Assembly (NCBI GenBank): GCA_024626585.2
Contig: JANKJI020000002.1
Coordinates: 231,627,292 to 231,646,234, forward strand
Source: Ginkgo biloba
Lineage: Eukaryota > Plantae > Ginkgophyta
DNA length: 18,943 bases
Direction of reading: 5' to 3'
A model generated the notes under the pieces. It ran no database searches and was not told the DNA's origin. It was given only the letters and a program-made list of their open reading frames with translations. The translations under genes and the position numbers were made by a program. Positions 1-8,944 of the stretch are shown one piece after another (position 1 is the first letter of the stretch; each line of letters starts with the position of its first letter).

Positions 1-701
1 AAAAAATATCATTTATATTATGCACTGGGAAATTTGGAAAGCTCGCAATGCCGCCTGTTTTCAAAATCAGGAACCAAAATTGGAGGAAATATGAGGCTGC
101 TAAGGAGATCAAATAGTGAACAACTGTTAGCCAAATTACTGATGCTTTTGGAAGTATTGAAATTGTCCTTTCTGGTTCAAAGGATCGAAAAGGTGTTCCA
201 ATGTAAAGTTACACTTGAAAATTCTGCAAGAAAAGAAAATGTCCAAACAGACAAGGTATCCACAGCAAATTAATTCTTCGATGGAGCATCTTTAGGCAAT
301 CCAGGGAGAGTAGGAGCAAGTGGTGTGGTCATACTAACGGGAAAAAACATTAAGCTCAGGTTCAGCAAAGTATTGGGAAGGAGCACTAATAACAAAGCCA
401 AATTCAAAGCTCTCAACAAAGCATTGAAAATAGCTTTAGAACAAGGGATGGAAAAGGCAGTCATAAGGGGGGATTCTATGTTAATAGTGAAAATCATCCA
501 AGGAATTAGCCATCCTAAATATCAAGCACTAGTGGCAATGGCAAAAGATAACATGAAGATGCTTCAAGCTTTTAAAATGTGGGAAATACAACATATTCCC
601 GACAAGATAACCAAGAGGCAGATGCTCTGGCCAAACAAGCAGCTTCTATGAACATAGGAGAAATCATCTTAAACAAGGATTTGATAGAGAAACAGCTGTA
701 G
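1..701 (+). mobile_element. Decayed L1-type LINE, 3' end of ORF2 with RNase H domain
   Basis: WEIWKARN motif at 26-49. From 274: FFDGASLGNPG...TNNKAKFKAL...IRGDSMLIV...IQHIP, then after a frameshift near 600 RQDNQEADALAK, stop at 699-701. An in-frame stop at 271-273 and frameshifts show decay. Confidence 0.88.
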
Positions 702-796
702 ACAAGATTTTGTAAGATGAAAGGAGAATTACAGCACTGTCACCATAAGAAAGAAAAAATATTTTTCAGCAGTAGTCACAAAGGGTTCCCAGAAGA

Positions 797-1071
797 TACT
801 TGCATCTCGGTTGCAAGTAGGCCAGTTATTTGCATTTTGATTACAAATCACAGATGCAGCATGTCATGCATCTCAGTTGCAAGTAAGACAGTCACTTGCA
901 TCTTGAGCGTAAGCAGCAGGAAACTGAGCTCCTGGACTCAATTTAGACGATGTGCAACATGATTAGACCATGTTGCAGCAAGAACAAAGGAGTCACAGTG
1001 GAGGTGTTTCAAGGTCAAGTACCTACAATCAGGATGTAAGTAAATTTGTTATTTGCATTCTAGATGCAACT
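797..1071. repeat. Degenerate array of 21-bp palindromic units (ACTTGCA-N7-TGCAAGT)
   Basis: Units start at 798, 828, 864, 894, 1021 and 1051, forming three pairs each spaced exactly 30 bp. Confidence 0.7.
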
Positions 1072-1635
1072 AAGTACTTAGGCGGAATGAGCTTATGCAT
1101 AAGAGGAATCGCTTCATAGCAGTAACTAGGGAGATCGACAAGTTCTCATTTTTATGGTTTTCGCATTTTTCCGTCATTAAACAGAAAGTTACTTGTTAGA
1201 AGACTTCCGGTCTTTCTGGGCAGACAATTTGCNNNNNNNNNNNNNNNNNNNNNNNNNNNNNNNNNNNNNNNNNNNNNNNNNNNNNNNNNNNNNNNNNNNN
1301 NNNNNNNNNNNNNNNNNNNNNNNNNNNNNNNNNNNNNNNNNNNNNNNNNNNNNNNNNNNNNNNNNNNNNNNNNNNNNNNNNNNNNNNNNNNNNNNNNNNN
1401 NNNNNNNNNNNNNNNNNNNNNNNNNNNNNNNNNNNNNNNNNNNNNNNNNNNNNNNNNNNNNNNNNNNNNNNNNNNNNNNNNNNNNNNNNNNNNNNNNNNN
1501 NNNNNNNNNNNNNNNNNNNNNNNNNNNNNNNNNNNNNNNNNNNNNNNNNNNNNNNNNNNNNNNNNNNNNNNNNNNNNNNNNNNNNNNNNNNNNNNNNNNN
1601 NNNNNNNNNNNNNNNNNNNNNNNNNNNNNNNNNNT

Positions 1636-2230
1636 TTTAAAAGACCAGATGGTATTCCTCTTGAACTTTTACAAAGCTTGTTGGGACATCATAGGAGAGC
1701 ATTTATGGAAAATGTTAAGAGAATTCCAAACAAGCAAAGTCATTTAAGGAAAACGAAGCATCTACACTGCCCATCTCTCCTTGGTACACAAAAACAAGAA
1801 TCTAGAAGGAATAGGAGATCTAACACCAATAAGTCTATGCAATGCTTGCCATAAAAAATTTAGAATGAAGATTGAAAGCACTCGAACAATAAATGTCTTT
1901 GAACAACGCCTTTCGTACAAGGTAAAAGCATATTTGGCAATATCACTAGAGTCTAAGAAACTCCACATTCAATACATTGGAGGAGGTAAAGGAAAAGAAC
2001 ATTATGTTAGACATGAGTAAGGCATACAACAACATTAATTGGCAATTCATATTAGTAGTAAAGGAAGAGGTTAAGATTTGTGGAAAACTACTTCACAATG
2101 TGCAGCAAATTATATTTCAACTGTTCAAGCAGGTATTAATTAATGGAACCCCAAGAATGTCTTCAATATCAAAGGGAACTAAAACAAAGCAGCCCTCTCT
2201 AGGAGGTACAATTCATATTAGTAAGTGACT
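1636..2230 (+). mobile_element. Decayed L1-type LINE reverse-transcriptase fragment
   Basis: PDG..FYKACWDIIG, DLTPISLCNACHK (RPISLCN-like), LDMSKAYNNINW (DxxKAYD-like) and VLINGTP, spread over several frames. Confidence 0.88.
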
Positions 2231-2528
2231 CTTGAATCCTTCTTATAAGGCAAGGAGTACAAGCTAATCCAATTATACATCAAAAAAATACAAATTATAC
2301 AATCCTTTTAGCAGCAGCAACTTTGACCCATCTTATGAGTAAAGGAATAGTAAAGAAGCGAAAAGGCATAGTANNNNNNNNNNNNNNNNNNNNNNNNNNN
2401 NNNNNNNNNNNNNNNNNNNNTTTGTAATGATAAACAGACAAAATAATCATGTACCTAATAACAAAACAAAGGACTGCATTTCATTGAATCCCATGACAAC
2501 ATACAAATCCCAAAAAAGAATCTCTTAC

Positions 2529-2624
2529 CTGCTCCGATGACTCTGGAACTTGACATTTAAGTCCGTGTGTGCAGAAAATGAGATGCGCAAATGGCATGTT
2601 CCAACATGCTCTGCAAGCAAATAC
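2529..2624 (-). CDS. PTB: PTB1/2-clade coding exon (end of RRM2), 96 nt
   Basis: TCTAG|GTAT...GCAG|GTAAGA; encodes (R)YLLAEHVGTCHLRISFSAHTDLNVKFQSHRS(R); phase 2/2, continues the frame. Confidence 0.96.
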
Positions 2625-2776
2625 CTAGATTCCAGACAATCCAGACCAAAAAAGCTTAATGCAAGAACCTCATGTATTTAATTTCCATATCAAGGACTCA
2701 ACCTTCAAACCAGTCTGATATTCCCTCTTTACATTAGCTTATAAAGTCTTAATCCTAACACACAGAACGGCCTCAC

Positions 2777-2850
2777 CTTGGAATGCTTCTTCCATCTAGA
2801 GCATTTCTGGCAGCAGCAGCTGTGTTTGCATCACTAAACTGCACCAGAGC
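2777..2850 (-). CDS. PTB: PTB1/2-clade coding exon (RRM2), 74 nt
   Basis: GGACAG|GCT...CCAAG|GTGAGG; encodes ALVQFSDANTAAAARNALDGRSIP(R); phase 0/2. Absent from the ORF track, read manually. Confidence 0.96.
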
Positions 2851-2961
2851 CTGTCCACATTGACATTTTATGAATATGAAGCTTATAAAATAATTTGCCC
2901 TGGTTTAAACATAATGTTGGAGGTGATTTGTAATACTATATTAAAATATTAAGTAACAAAC

Positions 2962-3024
2962 CTGAAAACCAGCACTCTTCTCGAAAGTAGCAATTTTATG
3001 CACAAAACCAAATGCTGAGAACAC
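2962..3024 (-). CDS. PTB: PTB1/2-clade coding exon (RRM2), 63 nt
   Basis: TTGTTACAG|GTG...CAG|GTTTGT; encodes VFSAFGFVHKIATFEKSAGFQ; phase 0/0, in frame with both neighbours. Confidence 0.97.
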
Positions 3025-3540
3025 CTGTAACAAAAAACAGAGGATGAGATTTCCACCCTTCTGGAAAATTACACATCTGATTTTCCCATCATACAATCTT
3101 ATGTTTCTCACCCCCCAAAAGAGATTAACATGCATACAAAACAGAAAAGAGCACCAAAAAAATCAAATGTTTTCCATTATCCATTTACAAATGATAACTA
3201 AACTATCCATTTTGCTGTTCAACCACATACAGTGTGATTGCCAGCACAATTAAAAAATTAAACAAGTCTGCCTCTAAATCAACTGGTGACACTCTCAAAT
3301 AACCCAGTGCAATGACTACAAAATAATATAAATGAGCATCCCGGAGATTCATAACTTATCTCCAAGAAATTCACTTTCTCTCTGTTACTCAGTTCTAAAA
3401 ACTATTTCCAAACAAACATTAGTAAAACAGCAGAAAAATACAAGTCTGGCCTATTCAAGTAAGCACAGACAAATACAAAGCAGCTTCAACATTTTTAATC
3501 CCAAAGTTGTAAGGAAACTAAACAGGGTTTTAAGGCTGTG

Positions 3541-3655
3541 GAGGAGAGAGAGAGAGAGAGAGAGAGAGATAAAAAACTCAACCGTGAGGTGGTAGGGTTA
3601 GGAGAAGAGTAGGGTCAAGAGGCAGTGTTAAGCAAAGGGGAGGAAACAAACACAC
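3541..3655 (-). promoter_or_regulatory. UC-rich intronic element downstream of cassette B, putative PTB-binding splicing enhancer
   Basis: Sense strand reads GTGTGTTTGTTTCCTCCCCTTTG...CCTCTTG..CTCTTCTCCT...(TC)13. It contains UCUU/CUCUCU motifs and is more than 500 nt from the next constitutive acceptor, so it is not that acceptor's tract. Confidence 0.6.
3544..3569 (+). repeat. (GA)13 microsatellite, (UC)13 in the PTB pre-mRNA
   Basis: Read directly. Confidence 0.97.
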
Positions 3656-3714
3656 ATGCGCTTTCTCCCAATGCAGTAGGCTGCCATCGCAGATGTGTCC
3701 GTGACATGGACCTG
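3656..3714 (-). other. Candidate poison cassette exon B of the PTB gene (56 or 59 nt, NAGNAG acceptor)
   Basis: GC-richer island in the 923-nt intron: GGTCAG|CAG|GTCCATG...GGCAGCCTACTGCATTGGGAGAAAGCGCAT|GTGTGT. Both lengths are 3n+2, giving a premature TAG at 2798-2796. The intron position agrees with my recollection of the Arabidopsis PTB2 cassette (not aligned here). Confidence 0.75.
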
Positions 3715-3947
3715 CTGACCCATGTAGAGTTACGTCAAACATAAGCAATACATAAAGTATAACCCCTTGTTCGTAACTGAAATTCACAATACAATCCACG
3801 TAAAAAACGCTTCCATATCTCTAATACCCCTTGAAGGAAGAATAAGGGCAGGCTATTAACTAAGATAAGAAAATTAGGCTTTGAATTTTATATTACCTTT
3901 TCTGCTCTGCATCCCCTAAAATATATTGGAGTGACTTAGAAACTTAC

Positions 3948-4159
3948 CAAATGTAGAACATCAATGCTGACATCACCAGCCTCTACACCCTCTATGGTCA
4001 CCAGCAGAACATTGCTCGCATCATCCCCAGAATTTTTGCTGTTGACAATTTCATGTCTATTGGAGTATTGCAGGTAAACAGTTTTTCCCCGTACCTGAGC
4101 TGGTTCTGATGAAGATGCATAATATGAAACCATTGCAATAGCTTGGTNNNNNNNNNNGC
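3948..4159 (-). CDS. PTB: Polypyrimidine tract-binding protein (plant PTB1/PTB2 clade), internal coding exon: end of RRM1, linker, start of RRM2
   Basis: Translates to ...NQAIAMVSYYASSSEPAQVRGKTVYLQYSNRHEIVNSKNSGDDASNVLLVTIEGVEAGDVSIDVLHL, recognisable as plant PTB1/2. Acceptor TTTTTTCTAG|GC at 4160/4159, donor TTG|GTAAGT at 3948/3947. A 10-N gap (4148-4157) lies inside; the expected A-D-L-N-Q start implies the true gap is 8 nt. Confidence 0.96.
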
Positions 4160-6632
4160 CTAGAAAAAACAGCAAAACATAGCCACAACTTAGAACCATA
4201 TTCTGCAAGGGAGTACCACTGACACAATAAAAACATTCTGCCAAAAAGCATTTCGTCTTGCAACCAGAAAATAAATTACAAATACTGATAAATCAGAAGT
4301 CAATGACTCAAAAATCCAAACCAATAATGTTAGCATTACATCTTAGATGCAAATGAAATATATCAAAAGCTCACCCAAATGAGGTCAAAATGTTACTGCA
4401 ATATGATTTTCCCCCAAAAAAATTAGTATTGCGTCTTACAGCAGAAAGTACAATATACAACTTCTATGAACTAATATACATTAAGCAAAGCACAAGTCAA
4501 AAACTTATCATGTGCCCATATATGCTAGTAGCATCAAAATACAACTTCTACAAAATCTAACTAGTATAATGCTTGTAGTAACTTTCTTTACTTTTCCTCC
4601 GTGTTCTCTCCTCTTGCCTATGTTTCTCTCTCTTTCCCTTCTTCCTCCTTTCTGCTTCCTTCCTTCTATTCTATCTGCTCTTCTCTCATTCTTCTGTTGT
4701 ACTCACATGGGGCTGGGTGAATCACATTAAGTTGGATATACAGTAGGTCAGGTTTAAAAATAGTATCTAGTTTATTATTTTCAGGGTTTATTTGGTAGGA
4801 CCCTCTTGGTCTTACTTGCCAACAGATACATTAAAAGTTCATCAGAAAATATCTTAAAAAGAGTTTGGAAAATCAGGAAACAAGTTTGACTAAACAGCTC
4901 AACCAGATATTCTATGGAGAACGATTTTTTCTTTCCAACATTTTTTGCCACTTTGATCCAAATACATATTTGATCAAGTCTCAAGTCACAACAGTGGAAA
5001 GCCCAATGTCAATTTCCGAATCAAATTTGCAGGAGGTACATCCATTACAGATTGACCTAACCATTTGCATTCTCATCGTCTTTAGTAAAATCAACTCCNN
5101 NNNNNNNNNNNNNNNNNNNNNNNNNNNNNNNNNNNNNNNNNNNNNNNNNNNNNNNNNNNNNNNNNNNNNNNNNNNNNNNNNNNNNNNNNNNNNNNNNNNN
5201 NNNNNNNNNNNNNNNNNNNNNNNNNNNNNNNNNNNNNNNNNNNNNNNNNNNNNNNNNNNNNNNNNNNNNNNNNNNNNNNNNNNNNNNNNNNNNNNNNNNN
5301 NNNATAAAATGCATCATGGGATACTGTCAAATTGATCTCTATACAATATCGTTATGTTTCAAACCAGAAAAATTCAAGAATAGTCAGATAGTGACAATAC
5401 CGAGGCATCTTCTTTGAAATCGACCAAGTGACTTTGATAGATCTCCATTTTGGGAAAGAAAGAAAAAGGATGTGGAAATATCAATAAAATTCTATCAGAA
5501 GCCATGAAAGATCTTCCAATGTTTCATCTCTAAGTTCAATAAGGTGATAGTATACATCATAATTTTATCAAGCAAAAACATTTCTTTCAATTATACTTTT
5601 CTCATTTACATTATAATAGGGACTAATGACATAAGTAATACTACACCTCTTATCCTCAAACACTGATTATCCAGTCTGCAAATACTATGATTGGGGGATT
5701 TCTTGACACACTTTAAACATCTTAACGCCTCAAAACAAAGAATTATATTTTACAACCGTAAATGAAACTAAATATTTTTTTCTCAAAAATTACAAACTAA
5801 GCCCCAACTCACAATGCCAATGATGCAATAAGAGGCTTTGCTGCCCGTGCAAAACTCAGCATCTTTTGACAAGAAAATAAAAAGACTTTTCCTCACCGAC
5901 AGAAGCAAATTCCCTTTGAATTGACAACTTAATAACATCAAAAATGTTTCACCCCTAAACTTAGCAGTGCCATTGGACCAAATCGATTTTATTAGGAAAA
6001 AGGCATATTCAACATCATTACCATTTTAATTCACAAATCACTCATGATATCTATAAGAGATATTCAATATTTTTTTCCTTTCCTAGAATAGTGTTTCAGT
6101 TTTGGGTCTATCAAACTATTATGTCTTCCCCATATGGATTTGAAGGGCGTTTGCTTGTCATTTAATGAGAGAATGCCCTCGTTTATTGTCTATAATCAGA
6201 TGCGATGACACATTTGAGCCTGACAACATATTTGTTGCTTAATAAGAATTTTACAATTTGCCCACAATTTATGAATCTATTTCTCTTTTTCCGTCAAAAG
6301 AAAGTTTTGCCGATGGCTTTCCCAACAACCAATCATGTCATCATATTTTACCTCAAGTTGAATCATCTCAGGCACACATAATATAGCTCTCCAATGCCAA
6401 TAATAAGCAAACTGCACTGTAACCAACTTAGTACAGTTACTTTCAACTTACTCCCAAAAGCTTTTAAATCAAGAGTTTCAAAAGCNNNNNNNNNNNNNNN
6501 NNNNNNNNNNNNNNNNNNNNNNNNNNNNNNNNNNNNNNNNNNNNNNNNNNNNNATTCTAAAGACGTTGGTCTGGTTCAAAACCTACCACAGTTGGTAAAT
6601 TTCTAAAGGCGGTGCCCTGAATAAATATGCAC

Positions 6633-6735
6633 ATTGATGCAATGCCACAACTCCCCAAAGAATATGGTTGCAGCATCCCAAGAGTTCCTTATGGGCATTC
6701 TCTGCACCATATTGGTTGAGGGCCACTTCCACATC
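6633..6735 (-). other. Candidate poison cassette exon A of the PTB gene (103 nt; alternative upstream acceptor at 6852 gives 220 nt)
   Basis: CCTAATTTGTCAAG|GATGTGGAAGTGG...GGGGAGTTGTGGCATTGCATCAAT|GTGCAT. Length is 3n+1, so inclusion frameshifts to a stop at or before TAG 4059-4057. It lies in a non-repetitive, GC-elevated island and resembles, from memory, the conserved intron-2 cassette of angiosperm PTB1/2 genes. Confidence 0.68.
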
Positions 6736-7799
6736 CTTGACAAATTAGGTTCAATGCCACGACACACAGGCTGAACATTAAGGTAGTCCGTGGCAGCTTC
6801 ACACTTGTTTCTACAGGCCCACTGCTTGACGTGCTGAGTATTGTCTAGACCACTGTAATAGTTGCAGTTGATTTCATGAGGACCAGTGTGTGTGGGTTCG
6901 CATGTGCCAGTGTGAGGTATAGATATCCACTCCCACCCACTATGTTAAAACAACTAATCTAAACTATAGGAAGGGTAGCTGCCAGGCCCACATGAAAGTC
7001 TACAGACTTCATTTGCATTTCACAAGTACAATATGCACCTAAAATTCTGTGAATCCAGAAGTAAGCATTAGGGTAAAAATCCACAGATTGAAGTGCAGGT
7101 TTGCTCTCTCACTCTTGTACAAACAATGCTTGATGGTGCACAGTGCCATGGACCACCATAATTGCATTTGTCAATTTCACATGGACCCCTCACTATACTG
7201 CCGTGCAGTGTGGGTACCCAATTCCCTGTGGTACTCTGATAAGTATTCTGTTGAGGGTTAGTCGGTTTAATTCTTAATTTTTGGCCTCATTACATCTGCC
7301 TTCTCAGGAATGATAAGGAGCTTGCCCTCATGTACTCCAATTTACTTTGCAGTAAAGTAATTTACCAAGTTTACTCTACAATGCCAGTCAATGCTGTTAG
7401 CTTATGTCGGGCATTTCCTTTTCATAGTAAGATTAATTTAACAAAAACTCCATGGATTTTCTTTCTTCCTTGAAGTACCCGATCAGGTTATATCAAGTAA
7501 TTATGAATCCATACTCTAAATTAATCTTTTGGAAGTTGATTTATCTCGTTAATTCCGAGATAGAGATTCGCGCAAAGCACAGGGAAACCTTGAGCCTTCC
7601 CCGCTCAATCAAGTACTTGGAGACATCATTCTTTTTATTCACAAACTGGTCCTCAAAACCATATCCAACGCCTTAGCNNNNNNNNNNNNNNNNNNNNNNN
7701 NNNNNNNNNNNNNNNNNNNNNNNNNNNNNNNNNNNNNNNNNNNNNNNNNNNNNNNNNNNNNNNNNNNNNNNNNNNNNGATTAGTATTATTGCATCTTCA

Positions 7800-8840
7800 T
7801 TCTTGTGTGCAAAAAGTATTTAATATATATCTATATGTATGTCTATGTTTCTTTGAGAAAATAAAAGGTGTATTTTAATCCAAGGTCGCACTGGCAGAGT
7901 GTATGGTGAATAGTGGTCATCGAGTTATCGGGCCCTTAAGCTACCGGGGGTCAAACCTTTTGAAAAAAGGGAGACACCATTTATATGGAGTCCCACCNNN
8001 NNNNNNNNNNNNNNNNNNNNNNNNNNNNNNNNNNNNNNNNTCAGGGGTTGACGCAAGGAATATGAAGTGACAAAGTTATAAACTTGCAGGCCAAACTTTT
8101 TTTTATGTTGTGTTTAATTGGGTCAACCAGAGAATTGGGGCCTAGGAGTTTGGCGTATGAGAATTAGGGTTTCTCATTATTCCTGCGAACTTAATATAAA
8201 ATGATTTTAGGGTTGTCGATTATAAAATTCCAAGAAAGATAAAATAGAAGTGAATAATGGATATCGGCCACCAACATATCGGGGGTTTGAACTTCCTCCC
8301 CNNNNNNNNNNNNNNNNNNNNNNNNNNGATATGTTATCAAATGGAATATAATTGGGGGACCTAGGATTGGAGGTTATATTATGGGCCACTCCCATTATTC
8401 GTCTAAATTGTCGATGCAATGGACCCGACAAAAATTGGAGTTGAACTTTTGAAAGGTGCATTTAATGTTGAAGGTGTACAACATTAATGAAGGTGATGGA
8501 GCTCTTATTGAATGCATGCAGGGGTCGTAAATATGGAAGGATTCACCATTAATTTATCACCTACCTAACGGCGAGAGAACNNNNNNNNNNNNNATGAAGC
8601 ACTTTAGAAGATCATTCTTAGCAAAAAAATGAGGATGGAAGAGTTGTTGGAGCCGAATATGAGTGTTGCACTAGTCGTTGATAGCCATGAGAGCTCGGGC
8701 ATAAAGAGCCCCAAGTAGATGAAGAAGGGGTTCGTTCGTTGACAAATTTGAGAGAGGTTAGACAGTGGTTGACGAATTTGAAGAGGGCTACACAGTGAGA
8801 GGGATTAGATAGCGATTGGCTAATTATAGTGTAGGGGTTN
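7800..8840. mobile_element. Probable LTR-derived repeat fragment
   Basis: Gap-riddled block with GGAGTCCCACC (resembles the GGAGTCGCCACC motif of Tat/Ogre LTRs) and ATTAGGGTTT motifs; no coding homology recognised. Confidence 0.3.
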
Positions 8841-8944
8841 NNNNNNNNNNNNNNNNNNNNNNNNNNNNNNNNNNNNNNNNNNNNNNNNNNNNNNNNNNNN
8901 NNNNNNNNNNNNNNNNNNNNNNNNNNNNNNNNNNNNNNNGTCCT

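Noticed and set aside
325-651. Host RNase H gene
   Set aside because: It has an in-frame stop just before the catalytic FDG motif, a frameshift near 600 and an upstream L1 WxIWKxRN motif, so it is a LINE remnant.
797-1071. CRISPR-like array
   Set aside because: Eukaryotic intron context, degenerate repeats, 9-bp gaps rather than unique spacers, and no cas genes.
1193-1747. Long ORFs crossing N runs (also 4865-5335, 8618-8950)
   Set aside because: Their length is an artefact of assembly gaps.
3936-4244. ORF-track 102-aa protein as a standalone gene
   Set aside because: It is the PTB exon plus intronic read-through on both sides; splice sites delimit 4159-3948.
5880-5920. Donor-like TCG|GTGAGG on the sense strand near 5896 as another cassette
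   Set aside because: An isolated donor motif with no supported acceptor or recognisable conservation.
3656-6735. Including both cassettes restores the frame (103+56=159; 103+59=162) and might yield a new long isoform
   Set aside because: The shifted frame of the intervening exon hits TAG at 4059-4057 before cassette B is reached, so no rescue is possible.
6770-6790. U12-type branch point (TACCTTAATGTTCAG) in the cassette A island
   Set aside because: Imperfect match, very short distance to the AG, and no U12 donor visible in the window.
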